Part shown: positions 29,331 to 40,124 of the stretch, one piece after another
Layout: each line of letters opens with the position of its first letter
How positions within the stretch are numbered: position 1 is the stretch's first letter
Source of the DNA: Opitutales bacterium
Lineage (GTDB): Bacteria; Verrucomicrobiota; Verrucomicrobiia; Opitutales; PNEW01
Assembly: GCA_965197745.1 (NCBI GenBank)
Contig: CBDANS010000007.1
Coordinates: 192,001-256,000 of the forward strand
Length of the DNA: 64,000 nucleotides
Direction of reading: 5' to 3'
Notes under the pieces: model-generated
The model's input: only the letters and a program-made list of their open reading frames with translations
Database searches by the model: none
What the model was told of the DNA's origin: nothing
Program-made: the position numbers and the translations under genes

Positions 29331-31625
29331 ATGGCTTCCGAAGACAATTCTCAAAACGGACTCGACTTATCCGACGAATTCCTGACACCGGGTGAAAAAT
29401 TCGGCGATCACCAGGTAATGCAGTGCTTGAGTTTTGACATGTTGTGCGGTATCTACCGGATGCAGAATATCAGAAACTTTGAAGAAGTATGTATCGCGGT
29501 ATTTTCACAAAAAGTGTGCGCTACAACTGATTTTTCTGATCGGTTTTCTTCTGTAGGTGAGAAACTAAAAAAACTCAATCATCCCAATGTTCTTCAGGTT
29601 ACTGATTACTCGATAATCGACGAACATTACGTTCTTCAGATGGAACCCTTTGCCGGGGCCAACATGGTTGACTACCTGGAGACTTATGTTGAAGAGCGTC
29701 AAAAGAATACAGAAGAAGGTGAGGCAAGCACTCAGGATATCGCTGAAGGATCAGTAAAAGAGATGTTGGGGGAACAGGTATCAGGGTTGCCAGCCCTGGA
29801 AATAAAAAATGTAATCAAGCAAGCAGCTGAAGCGATGGAAAGTGCCTCTCAGGCCGATGTTCATCATTATAATCTTAACCCCACATCTCTTATCCGGTCT
29901 CCTGAAGGCCATGTAAAAGTGTCGGGGATCGGGATAATTGAGATCGCGGGTAATGAGTTGGTCGAAGAATTAGTGGCGACTGAGATGCCAACCGTAAATA
30001 TTGGGGCTGATAATATTCTGATTAATACTTTAAAGGCGCTCAGCCCGGAAGTGGCTCTTGGTCAGGAATCCGATGAGCACAGTGACTTTTTCGGGCTTGG
30101 CTACTGTGCTTACTATCTTCTTACGGGGAAAAGACCTGAGGGTGAATACGATGCTCCCTCCAAAATATCAGCGCGTATTCCTGAAGGGTGGGATACGTTC
30201 ATTAATCGGTGTTTGGAGAAAGAACCATCCAAGCGCCATACCAATGCCAGGATACTGCTTAACGAGGTGGAAAGAATTGATCGCGCGTCGATACCCGGGG
30301 AAGTATCTGACGATGCCTTGTCCCGGCAAATTGAAAGGATACCGCTACCTAAAAATCTGGAAAAGCGCTTGAATCCAAAAAAACTGAAAATTATACGCTT
30401 ATGCATATTAGGTATATTCGCGGTCCTGGTAGTACGTCTGGCGACATTTTCTTACTCAGTCCTTTTCAAGGATGAACAAACGTCTTCGGCTCCAATTGTC
30501 AGCCTGGCTGAAGAAGGGTCGGAGCCAAAGCTACGGCTGGCAGTCAAGCCTTCCATTGCCAAGGTGACATTTAAGGGGCGGGGGAGCAGTATATACTTTG
30601 TTCTTAAGGACGGGAAACTCAACGTAGATATCCCTTCGGGTAATTATACAATGATCATAGAAGCCAAAGATCACAAGTCCAAGATGGTTCAGCTTGATGT
30701 GGGCAGAGATCCCATAAGTGACAAGCACATTCGATTGGAACCCGCCTGGGCGCTGCTTGAACTGAGCGGGAACCCGGGGGCAAGCGTTCAAGCAATTAAT
30801 GAGGACGGTGACCAGTTTGAATTAGGTGTTATTCCGGATAATGGAGTTTTACGCGTGGAAAAAACCCTCGTTACCGGTAACTATAATATTATTGTCTCAC
30901 TTCCGAACTACCTGACCCTGACTACCGAGTCTATACTCCTCCCCCTCGGTGAACTGAAAGAACACGCGGTATCGCTGGCACCGGCACCTTGAAAATTAAA
31001 TATCCTATCTAATCCATCCGGTGTCATGGTTTCATTAAATGGAAAATCTATCGGCGAAACCCCCCTGGAAGTGAGCGATCATCCCGTGGATAGCCTTACC
31101 TGGAATAAAGCAACGGCCTTTTGTCGAAAAATTACGGAACAGGAGCAGAAAGCCGGGCGACTCCCTTTAAATTATACCTACCGTTTACCCACAGAAGCAG
31201 AATGGAATTACGCCTGCCGGGCGGGTAGCGATACTCCTTTTTCCTTCGGGGACCAGGCTGATCCCACACAAGGGAATTTCAGGGGTGGATACCCGCGTGA
31301 ATATGCTGAAACACTTAACCTCAGTAAGATCTATGGATCACAAATGCATGGAAGCTATGAGCCCAATGCCTGGGGTCTTTACGATATGCATGGCAATGTA
31401 AGCGAGTGGTGCTATGATCGTTTTAACTCGCGCTATCCAGGAGGTGTAACAACCGATTATGCCGGACCCCAAAGTGGTGAAGATCGCGTAATTCGTGGAG
31501 GTGGCTGGGAGGATTTTGCCCATAATTGTCGAACCTCAAGCCGTATTCGGCGAAATCCAGTTACGATAAGTCCGTCAACAGGATTTCGTATTGTTCTTGC
31601 TCCAATCACCAAGTGGGACAATTAG
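29331..31625 (+). pseudogene. Ser/Thr pseudokinase-TM-PEGA-FGE/sulfatase-modifying domain gene interrupted by an in-frame TGA
   Basis: ORFs 29331-30992 and 31026-31625 share one frame. Reading through TGA 30990-92 gives APAP*KLNILSNPSGVMVSLNGKSIGETPLEV (PEGA consensus). C-terminal YRLPTEAEWNYACRAG, NAWGLYDMHGNVSEW and RGGGW are FGE motifs. Confidence 0.65.
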
Positions 31626-31747
31626 TATAATTTATCACAGGTGAACTTTCGGTATTACTCTTATCAGCTTATTCATCCTATATCGATAGCGCGTATATTA
31701 CTATTTATGGGTTGATATACAGGATAAAATATTAGATTACAATTGTT

Positions 31748-31843
31748 GGCCGGGTCCTATGCAATGTCGTACCGGTGAACTCCGCCAGGCCCGGAAGGGA
31801 GCAACGGTAGCCAGGATTCGCATGTGCCGTAGGGTGCCTGGCC
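31748..31843 (+). ncRNA. ffs: Signal recognition particle 4.5S RNA
   Basis: Helix-8 motif GCCAGGCCCGGAAGGGAGCAACGG, closing GGCC(G/A)GG terminal stem, and the usual position upstream of dnaX. Confidence 0.92.
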
Positions 31844-31974
31844 ACTTTTATTTATCTCATTATCTGCCCGGGTAATGTATTTGGTATGGGTATGCATCTT
31901 AAATATTTTATTAACTCCGGGTGAAATCCCTTGTCTTCCCAACCCTTGTCTTTCATATAGTAAATTAACAGACA

Positions 31975-33387
31975 TTGATGGAAGCAGGTTACCAAGTAAT
32001 AGCCCGTCGCTGGCGGCCCAAGCAATTTGATGAAATTGTTGGACAGGATCACATCGTACGGACACTTAAGAATGCCATTTTAACAACGCGTATTGCTCAC
32101 GCCTACCTCTTTGTCGGCCCTCGGGGCACGGGAAAAACGAGCATGGCGCGGTGTCTCGCCAAAGCGTTGAACTGTGAAGATGGACCCTCTGTTCATCCGC
32201 GAGAAGATTCTCCTCTCTGCCAGGATATTATGAAAGGGAGTTGCATGGATGTCATCGAAATCGATGGGGCTTCTAATAATTCCGTCGACCAGGTCCGTCA
32301 ACTGCGTGAAGATTGTCAATACGCACCGGCCCAATGTAAGTATAAAATATACATTATTGATGAGGTGCATATGCTTTCCACTTCCGCTTTCAATGCTTTG
32401 CTTAAGACGCTTGAAGAACCACCACCGCATGTAATATTCATCTTCGCCACTACAGAATCGCATAAAGTAATTCCCACTATTGTTTCTCGCTGTCAGCGAT
32501 TCGAGTTCAGGCCTATTCCGGATCCTGTTATAGCCCAGCAACTGGCAACGATCGCGGAAGCAGAGGAAATAACAGTAGAGAACAATGCGCTTGATTCCAT
32601 TGCCCGCCTCGCTAATGGGGGCATGCGTGACGCCGAGTCCATTCTCGACCAATTGATTTCATTTTGTGGAAAAACAATAAATGAAAGCGATGTTCTTGAT
32701 GTATATGGACTTGCATCACAAGAGCAAATTGAAATGCTGACCCAGGCCATGGCCGCAGCTGATTATGAGGAAATCGTCACGCGCGTGGATGAACTTGCTG
32801 GAGAAGGGCGAGATCTCTATCGCGTATTGCTTGATCTGGAGGAGTCAGTGCGTAGGGCATTACTCGACGCTATTCGACAAAAAGGAAAATCCGACAAGCT
32901 CGGGTCCATGCTAAGCACGGAGTCGCTTCTGCGCATCCTTGATGCGCTTCACGCTGGCGAAGCTGCGGTGAAAACGGGTCTTTCGGAGAAAGTTAATTTT
33001 GAAATAACCTTGCTGAAGGCAGTCGAAGAAAGTCGCGCACGCGCCATCGACTCACTGATTAAAGAATTTACAGGTCTTGCCTCCAGTCTACCGAAGGAAT
33101 ACCAGGAAAAAAAAAACCAGGTAGAGCGACAACCACAAGAGGTTACTCCCAGGACCTATCCTGACCGGGATGAAACAACCCATCCCGAACCGGGAGAACC
33201 CGTGGGCACGGTGGAAGAAAGTGCAAATCTATCCGACGGGGAGATGCCCCCAGCACCTTCTGAAAGCAATGATGAACTCGAAAAGTGGGTGAGCAAGATT
33301 CCGGCATCGACACGGGAACTTCTTGAAAAAAAATTCCGTGGGCACTTTGTCGCAGTACGATCCGTGGAGATTGAAAAGACGGACTGA
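31975..33387 (+). CDS. dnaX: DNA polymerase III subunit gamma/tau
   Basis: [54 protein letters not shown]. Confidence 0.97.
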   Translation: MMEAGYQVIARRWRPKQFDEIVGQDHIVRTLKNAILTTRIAHAYLFVGPRGTGKTSMARCLAKALNCEDGPSVHPREDSPLCQDIMKGSCMDVIEIDGASNNSVDQVRQLREDCQYAPAQCKYKIYIIDEVHMLSTSAFNALLKTLEEPPPHVIFIFATTESHKVIPTIVSRCQRFEFRPIPDPVIAQQLATIAEAEEITVENNALDSIARLANGGMRDAESILDQLISFCGKTINESDVLDVYGLASQEQIEMLTQAMAAADYEEIVTRVDELAGEGRDLYRVLLDLEESVRRALLDAIRQKGKSDKLGSMLSTESLLRILDALHAGEAAVKTGLSEKVNFEITLLKAVEESRARAIDSLIKEFTGLASSLPKEYQEKKNQVERQPQEVTPRTYPDRDETTHPEPGEPVGTVEESANLSDGEMPPAPSESNDELEKWVSKIPASTRELLEKKFRGHFVAVRSVEIEKTD

Positions 33388-33448
33388 TTTTCTTTCAAAT
33401 AATCATATTCAATGAAAATGAGCTTGTTGGAAGACACCTGCTCTGACC

Positions 33449-33478
33449 TTGACTCACAATTTGCAAAATACCTATAAC
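33449..33478 (+). promoter_or_regulatory. Possible sigma70 promoter of the cupin-dehydrogenase/Tm-1 operon
   Basis: TTGACT-N18-TATAAC upstream of ATG 33501. Confidence 0.35.
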
Positions 33479-33500
33479 ATAAGCTTTTTCAGATCATCCC

Positions 33501-34838
33501 ATGGGTTTTCACAAAGGAATTATTAAAAAAGGTTTTCTCCTGCCGGAGTGTGAAAAACATTTTCACGACTACGACGAGACGTGGCTGATTCTAAAAGGCA
33601 GTGGCAACGGTTATTGGTTGGATCACAATGGGCAAAGGGAGGATTTTGAATTAGAAGCGGGTGACGTTTGGATGATTCCAGCCGGTTACGAACATGGAAG
33701 TGAAGGGCCCAACTCTGATGATTTTGAAATAAGTGCTTTTATTGGGACCCAGGCACCCGGCAGTCACCCACCAAAACATTACTACGTCGAAGAAGAGGGA
33801 TACATCCCATCCTTTCAGCTTTTAAAACATCCCACCCGTCGATATGCTGTCAGCAGTTCCATTCCGAAAACGATGAAAGGGCTGACTATTGTTGAAAAAG
33901 GTAAAGCCGTTTTAGAGGAGGAGCCGACTCCAGAGTGTGAAGCGGGGCAACTTTTATGTAAGACACTCTATTCAGGTTTAACCAATGGGACAGAACGCAA
34001 TGTATTAGTCGGCGGTAACTACGGAAAATCGTGGCCTAATCGTAGTGGCTACCAGGTTGTCGGACGCGTTCTCGAAGTGGGATTTGGCGTGGAAGGGTTT
34101 GAAGTAGGGGACACGGTTTATTCAGGTGAGCATTGCGGGCATGTGGAATACTTCAAAGTTCCGGAGGTCACAGGGGGAAATATTATGAGGAAGCTGATAA
34201 TCAAACTCCCTGCCACCATAGAAAAAAAAGAGGCCGCGCTATTTGGCATGGCCAGTGTTGCCCTGCATGACGTTCGCCGCGCGGGAACAAAACTGGGTGA
34301 CAAAGTGCTGGTCGTTGGGGCGGGTCCTGTCGGTCAGTTCACGGCTCAAGCAGCCCAGGCTGCTGGCGCGATCGTAAGTATTTGTGATATTGACGAGAAG
34401 CGCCTGGAGAAGGCGCAAGAATTAGGGATTGCCAGCAGATTTAAAAGTGAAACTGATGAAGATTGGGTGAAGATTAAAGATCATGGCCCTTATGAAATAA
34501 TATTTGAAGACAGCGGAGCGGCACTGCTCGATCGAATCATAGGTATTGACAGGCAGCGAGGTGTTTTAAAAAAACAAGGTAAAGTGATCATTGTTGCGGG
34601 GAGGACTGATGTTGGGTACGATTTTAATGCAGGACAATTCAGTGAGATTGAAATTAATCACGCCAGTCATTTTGAATTCGATGACCTGGTACAAGTAGTA
34701 AGATTAGTTGAAGCGGGGGTGATTAAAGTTGGCCCTGTAATTCAGGAAGTCGTCCCCATTCATAAAGCAGTTCAGATCTATGATCGTCTGCGTGATGCTC
34801 CGGGCAGTTTGCTTGGCACCGTTTTTTCATGGGAATAA
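33501..34838 (+). CDS. Cupin domain fused to an MDR-family dehydrogenase
   Basis: HFHDYDETW...GDVWMIPAGYEH cupin, then YSGLTNGTE, GYQVVGRV and VVGAGPVG MDR/Rossmann motifs. Confidence 0.8.
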   Translation: MGFHKGIIKKGFLLPECEKHFHDYDETWLILKGSGNGYWLDHNGQREDFELEAGDVWMIPAGYEHGSEGPNSDDFEISAFIGTQAPGSHPPKHYYVEEEGYIPSFQLLKHPTRRYAVSSSIPKTMKGLTIVEKGKAVLEEEPTPECEAGQLLCKTLYSGLTNGTERNVLVGGNYGKSWPNRSGYQVVGRVLEVGFGVEGFEVGDTVYSGEHCGHVEYFKVPEVTGGNIMRKLIIKLPATIEKKEAALFGMASVALHDVRRAGTKLGDKVLVVGAGPVGQFTAQAAQAAGAIVSICDIDEKRLEKAQELGIASRFKSETDEDWVKIKDHGPYEIIFEDSGAALLDRIIGIDRQRGVLKKQGKVIIVAGRTDVGYDFNAGQFSEIEINHASHFEFDDLVQVVRLVEAGVIKVGPVIQEVVPIHKAVQIYDRLRDAPGSLLGTVFSWE

Positions 34839-34875
34839 AGATTTTAAAAATAATTGGGCTTATACCTGTATCGAG

Positions 34876-36105
34876 ATGGTTAAGATAATCTGTCTAATTG
34901 GCGCCTTTGACACGAAGGGGGTAGATTATAAATTTCTGCGAGAGAATATTTTGAGTAAAGGGCACGGTGTGTTTACGGTTAATACCGGTGTTCTCGGTTC
35001 AACTGAATTGTTTCCGGTCGATGTGGAGACCGATATGATTGTCAAAGCGGCAGGTGGTAATCTTGAAAAACTGCGCGAAAAAAGAGATCGAGGTGAGGCG
35101 ATGAAAGTCGTATCGGCGGGAGCGGAAGAACTGATTAAATCACTTTACGTGGAGGGGAAATTTAATGGCATAATCGGAATGGGTGGTTCAGGTGGGACCT
35201 CGGTGATCACCTCTGCCATGCGCGCATTGCCACTGGGGGTGCCCAAGGTATGTGTGTCCACGATTGCTTCGGGGGATGTGTCTGCTGAAGTGGGAACAAA
35301 AGACATCACCATGATCCCCTCGATCGTTGATGTTGCCGGTGTGAACAGGGTTTCGAGGATAGTCTATTCTCGGGCCGCAGGTGCCATCTGTGGAATGGTC
35401 GTTGAAGAAGTCATTCCTTCCGAAGTGGAGAAGCCTATTATTACCGCTTCCATGTTTGGCAACACTACCGACTGTGTGAACGCCTGTGTTAAATTGCTTT
35501 CAGATCAAGGATATGAAGTGCTCGTCTTTCACGCTACGGGAACCGGGGGCAAAACAATGGAGAGCCTGATTGATGAAGGTCTGGTCGATGCAGTACTCGA
35601 TATTACAACAACAGAGTGGGCGGATACTGTTTGTCATGGCGTCTTTGATGCGGGTCCAGAGCGCCTGGACGCACCGGGAAAAATGGGGATACCCCATTTA
35701 ATTGTTCCGGGCTGCGTTGACATGGCAAATTTTGGCGGCTCCCATACGATCCCTTCACAATATAAAGAGTCAGGGCGGCTCTTTTATGAATGGAATCCAT
35801 CGGTAACGTTGATGCGTACGAATGTAGAGGAAAATGAAAAGATGGGTAGGATTTTTGCGGAAAAAGCGAATGCGGCGTCGGGGCCAGTAGCTTTTCTCAT
35901 TCCCCTGAATGGAGTGTCCATCCTTGATGGTGACGGTGAACGTTTTTGCGATCGAGAAGCAGACAAAGCAATGTTTGACGCGATCAAAGCTAATCTTCGA
36001 CGCGATATCCTCTTAGTTGAGGTGGAACACAATATAAATGATCCGGAGTTTTCGACGAGAGCGGTCGAAATGATGCTTGACTTAATCAAACAAACAAAAA
36101 AATAA
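34876..36105 (+). CDS. UPF0261 / Tm-1-like ATP-binding domain protein
   Basis: [64 protein letters not shown] 34876 chosen as start. Confidence 0.88.
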   Translation: MVKIICLIGAFDTKGVDYKFLRENILSKGHGVFTVNTGVLGSTELFPVDVETDMIVKAAGGNLEKLREKRDRGEAMKVVSAGAEELIKSLYVEGKFNGIIGMGGSGGTSVITSAMRALPLGVPKVCVSTIASGDVSAEVGTKDITMIPSIVDVAGVNRVSRIVYSRAAGAICGMVVEEVIPSEVEKPIITASMFGNTTDCVNACVKLLSDQGYEVLVFHATGTGGKTMESLIDEGLVDAVLDITTTEWADTVCHGVFDAGPERLDAPGKMGIPHLIVPGCVDMANFGGSHTIPSQYKESGRLFYEWNPSVTLMRTNVEENEKMGRIFAEKANAASGPVAFLIPLNGVSILDGDGERFCDREADKAMFDAIKANLRRDILLVEVEHNINDPEFSTRAVEMMLDLIKQTKK

Positions 36106-36107
36106 AC

Positions 36108-36941
36108 ATGGCTTTCACACGAAAAGAAATTATTGAACGATTGAGAAAAAATACTGATGCAGGCCAACCAATCATAGGAGCCGGAGCCGGGACCGGTATA
36201 AGTGCAAAATTTGAAGAGGCTGGCGGGGTCGACCTGATCGTGATTTATAACAGCGGGCGTTTTCGCATGGCGGGTAGAGGATCGCTTGCAGGTTCCATGC
36301 CCTATGGAGATGCCAATGCTATCGTTATGGAAATGGCTGGTGAAGTGTTAACCGTGGTCAACGATACTCCTGTTCTCGCAGGAGTTTGTGGAACGGATCC
36401 TTTCCGGCAAATGAATATATTTTTAAAAGAGGTAAAAGAGATTGGATTTTCCGGTGTGCAGAATTTTCCTACGGTTGGGTTATGCGATGGTCTCTACCGT
36501 AAGAATCTGGAAGAAACCGGTATGAGTTATCAACTCGAAGTAGAGATGATAGGCAAAGCCCGTGAAATGGATCTTTTTACTTCACCCTATGCCTTTAATC
36601 CTGAGGAAGCTGAAGCAATGACCCAATCAGGAGCCGATGTCATCGTCGCGCATATGGGACTAACGACGAAAGGTGCCATTGGCGCTTCCACTGCTTTGAC
36701 CTTGGAAGAAGCGCCGGCAAAAGTTCAGGAAATATGTGATGCCGCTAAAGGCATCAATTCGGAGGTCATCGTATTATGCCACGGAGGCCCCATTTCGATG
36801 CCTGAAGATGCTGAATTTGTTCTTCAAAGAACAAAGCGTGTAGATGGATTTTACGGGGCATCGAGCATGGAACGTCTCCCTGTCGAAACTGCGATCACCG
36901 ATCAAATAGCGCAGTTTAAGGCGATAAGATTTAAAAAATAA
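36108..36941 (+). CDS. TIM-barrel signal transduction (TBST / PEP-hydrolase-like) family protein
   Basis: [58 protein letters not shown]. Confidence 0.88.
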   Translation: MAFTRKEIIERLRKNTDAGQPIIGAGAGTGISAKFEEAGGVDLIVIYNSGRFRMAGRGSLAGSMPYGDANAIVMEMAGEVLTVVNDTPVLAGVCGTDPFRQMNIFLKEVKEIGFSGVQNFPTVGLCDGLYRKNLEETGMSYQLEVEMIGKAREMDLFTSPYAFNPEEAEAMTQSGADVIVAHMGLTTKGAIGASTALTLEEAPAKVQEICDAAKGINSEVIVLCHGGPISMPEDAEFVLQRTKRVDGFYGASSMERLPVETAITDQIAQFKAIRFKK

Positions 36942-37026
36942 ATCATCACGGGGGATTGGTAGGGAACCCTGTATTTAATTTGCTTGACCCCCTGTAAGGA
37001 CATAAGAGTCTAATTTAGAATCATAG

Positions 37027-37449
37027 ATGAGTGAGAAAAACAGGGAGTTTAACAAAGTCGTCGACTTGATTGTTAAGGATGACTTACGGTTTGATAAAGG
37101 CGCCTATTATTTTATGCGTGAAGCGCTCGACTACACTTTAAACGGTCTTAAAAGAAAAAAGAAAGTGCAAAAGACCAACCACGTATCGGGGCAACAATTA
37201 CTGGAAGGCATCCGTGATTTTGCCTTGGATCAATACGGGCCCATGACCATGACATTATTTGAGCAATGGGGTGTAGGTAAATGTTCAGATTTTGGTGATA
37301 TAGTTTTCAATCTGGTTGAATACGGAGTATTTGGTAAAACCGAGAACGATCAGAAAAAGGATTTTAGCGAGGGTTATGATTTTCAAGAGGTATTTGTCCA
37401 CCCCTTTCTTCCCCTGAGGCCAGATGGGACGGATAACAACGGGGACTAA
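37027..37449 (+). CDS. Minf_1886-family PVC-restricted protein
   Basis: AYYFMREALDYT, HVSGQQLLEGIR..ALDQYGPM, WGV..DFGDIVFNLVE pattern. Confidence 0.8.
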   Translation: MSEKNREFNKVVDLIVKDDLRFDKGAYYFMREALDYTLNGLKRKKKVQKTNHVSGQQLLEGIRDFALDQYGPMTMTLFEQWGVGKCSDFGDIVFNLVEYGVFGKTENDQKKDFSEGYDFQEVFVHPFLPLRPDGTDNNGD

Positions 37450-37519
37450 AACCGATATTGATTTAAATTCAGTTTTATTGATTTTCTGTTCAGGTTATGG
37501 TGACAATTAAGGGATATTC

Positions 37520-40090
37520 ATGGATGTGGATCGCAATATGAATAATCCTGCCGCAATGGAGCATATTCTGGAGACTCTGTTCTGTGAGAAAGAAGAGCGA
37601 TTTACGCTTTCAAATGGTTTGACGGTTTTACTCAAAGAAGAGCATGCCCATAAAATCGCGTCAGTCCAGGTGTGGGTAAAGACCGGCAGCATTCACGAGG
37701 GAGAAATGCTTGGCGCAGGTCTGTCCCATTTCCTCGAGCATATGCTTTTTAAAGGTACCGATCGTCGATCTGGAGAAGAAATTACACGATCGGTTCAGGC
37801 TGCAGGTGCTTATATTAATGCTTACACCACATTCGATCGAACGGTTTATTACATCGAAACACCAAGTGAAGAGATCGCACTCGCCGTCGATATCCTGGCC
37901 GATGCTGCTCTCAACTCCGCTTTACCTGGCGAGGAAGTCGTAAAAGAACGCGATGTTATTCTACGTGAAATAGACATGGGGCAAGACGATCCGGATAGAC
38001 AATTAACGCGCACCCTTTTTAGTAATGCTTTCCATGAACATCCCTATCGGTATCCGGTCATTGGCTACCGTGAAATATTTGAAACCGTTACCCGCGAGGA
38101 TCTTTTAAGCTATTACCAGGCACGCTATGTTCCCAACAACATGGTCCTGGTGGTCGTCGGTGACTTTTGTTCGCTCGAGCTGAAGGAAAATATCAAGCAA
38201 AGTTTTAGTCCCTTTTCCCGTAAGCGTCTATCGCTCCCCTATGTGCCGGAGGAACCATTGCAGCTTGGCCTGCGTGAAGAGCATCTGGGGGGAGAAGTCA
38301 ATATCTGCCGGGGCAGTCTGGCTTTTCGAATTCCGGGATTAAGGCACAAGGATACCCCCGGTTGTGATATCCTGGCATCAATTTTGGGAAACGGGTATAG
38401 CTCTATCCTATGGCAACGTTTACGCGATAATAGAAAGATTGTCCATTACGTCGATGCCTCATGTTGGAGTCCGGGTAATGCAGGTTTATTTTGGATCAGC
38501 TATTTATGCGACCCCGGGAAGCAGGAGAGCGCCCAGGAATCTATCCTCGAGGAGTTGGCCGTTATGGGTAAAGAAGGAGTGAAATCGGAACAGGTAGAAA
38601 AAGCCGTGAGACAGGTCCTGGTCAGTGAAGTGAGCTTGAGGAAAACCGTAAGTGGTCAGGCTTCTCGATTAGGTATGGCCGAGGTTGTGGTCGGAGATTT
38701 GGACTACCAACGCACGTATCTCGAAGGGATCCAGAAGGTCAAACCTGATACCGTGAGAAATTTATCTAATAATTATCTCAATAGCGATCGATTGACAGCG
38801 GTTTCTTTAAACACGATCGAATCAAAGAAATCGGTAGCATCCACGCAAAGCAGACATAGCGATTTAGCCGAGATTCAAACCCATATTCTGAATAACGGAG
38901 TGAGGATAGTTTATCAAGTCGATCAACGACTTCCGAAGACGCATATGAAGGTAGTCAGTTTAGGAGGATCATTATATGAAAAGAATACGCAACGTGGAAT
39001 TACCGGGCTATTATCCACACTATTGACCCGCGATACTGAACGTCGAAATGCGACTGAAGTTGCAGATACAATCGAAAAGATAGGGGGCGATTTCAGCGAG
39101 TTCTGTGGCAATAATACCTTAGGACTCTCCATGGAGGTAATGTCTCAGGACTATAAACTGGCATTGGAGTTACTGGGAGATGCACTCCTTACACCCGTGT
39201 TTGAAGAAAACACATTTACCACTGAATGCACTGCGCAAGTAGCTCAAATTAAAGAGGAAAATGATGACATTGTTCTTTATGGGCGCAAAAAACTAAGAGA
39301 AATATTTTTCGGTGATCATCCTTTCAAGATAGAATCGATTGGTAGCGAAGAGACATTGCAAAGCCTGAAGGTCGGCGATATAAAAGATCATTATAAACAA
39401 CTAATCAGTGGAAAAAATGTAGTCGCCGCTATCTTTGGCGATTTTGATCCCGATACTGTCATCCCCGAAATCAATGCCGTCTTAGGTAATTTACCCGATG
39501 GAGTTTTCGGTGTAAAAAAAGGGTCATTTAATGGACCATTAAAAACCGGTTCATTTGAATGCCAACTTCCCCGTGAACAGGCGGTGGTCTTTCAAGCGTA
39601 TCCCGATGTGGGTATCTACTCTAATGAATTTTACATCAGTGAAATAATCGATGAGCTTTTCAGTAATATGTCAGGCCGCCTTTTCGAACGCGTGCGCGAG
39701 GAAAAGAGTCTGGCATATTTTGTCGGAGCCCAGCGTATTGCGGGGCTGGAAAACGGGATGTTTTATCTCTATGCCGGAACTCATCCGTCTACCTACGAGG
39801 AAGTGATAGAAGAATTTAATCTTGAGGTAACTCGGGTCCAGAGCGGAGAGGTGAGCGAGGACGAACTGCGACGTTGTCAGAGGCGGTTGAAGGCTCAGAA
39901 ACGCATGAGCTTGCAGACCATTGGCGCCCGTGCCACCCAGGCGGCGTTAAATTTTACTTATGGGAAACAAGCCGACGAGTGGAAGCAGTATGATAACCAT
40001 ATTGAAGCGGTTACAGGCGATGATCTGAAACGTTTTACGAACCAATATTTTGTCAAAGAGAGAATGGTAAACCTCGTGGTAAAACCGTGA
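37520..40090 (+). CDS. M16-family zinc metallopeptidase (tandem domains)
   Basis: HFLEHMLFKGT (HxxEH), NAYTTFDRTVY, HPYRYPVIG; second half has RVREEKSLAY. Confidence 0.92.
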   Translation: MDVDRNMNNPAAMEHILETLFCEKEERFTLSNGLTVLLKEEHAHKIASVQVWVKTGSIHEGEMLGAGLSHFLEHMLFKGTDRRSGEEITRSVQAAGAYINAYTTFDRTVYYIETPSEEIALAVDILADAALNSALPGEEVVKERDVILREIDMGQDDPDRQLTRTLFSNAFHEHPYRYPVIGYREIFETVTREDLLSYYQARYVPNNMVLVVVGDFCSLELKENIKQSFSPFSRKRLSLPYVPEEPLQLGLREEHLGGEVNICRGSLAFRIPGLRHKDTPGCDILASILGNGYSSILWQRLRDNRKIVHYVDASCWSPGNAGLFWISYLCDPGKQESAQESILEELAVMGKEGVKSEQVEKAVRQVLVSEVSLRKTVSGQASRLGMAEVVVGDLDYQRTYLEGIQKVKPDTVRNLSNNYLNSDRLTAVSLNTIESKKSVASTQSRHSDLAEIQTHILNNGVRIVYQVDQRLPKTHMKVVSLGGSLYEKNTQRGITGLLSTLLTRDTERRNATEVADTIEKIGGDFSEFCGNNTLGLSMEVMSQDYKLALELLGDALLTPVFEENTFTTECTAQVAQIKEENDDIVLYGRKKLREIFFGDHPFKIESIGSEETLQSLKVGDIKDHYKQLISGKNVVAAIFGDFDPDTVIPEINAVLGNLPDGVFGVKKGSFNGPLKTGSFECQLPREQAVVFQAYPDVGIYSNEFYISEIIDELFSNMSGRLFERVREEKSLAYFVGAQRIAGLENGMFYLYAGTHPSTYEEVIEEFNLEVTRVQSGEVSEDELRRCQRRLKAQKRMSLQTIGARATQAALNFTYGKQADEWKQYDNHIEAVTGDDLKRFTNQYFVKERMVNLVVKP

Positions 40091-40124
40091 GGAACAGGAT
40101 ACCACGGTAAAAGGGTAGTGGTCT

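Noticed and set aside
30990..30992. Alternative genetic code (TGA = Gly/Trp) or selenocysteine
   Set aside because: Many intact genes here end at TGA (mlaE, dnaX, leuA, coaC), and the site corresponds to a structural Gly rather than a redox Cys.
31757..32065. Minus-strand ORFs of 102 and 66 aa
   Set aside because: They are antisense to the SRP RNA and the dnaX start.
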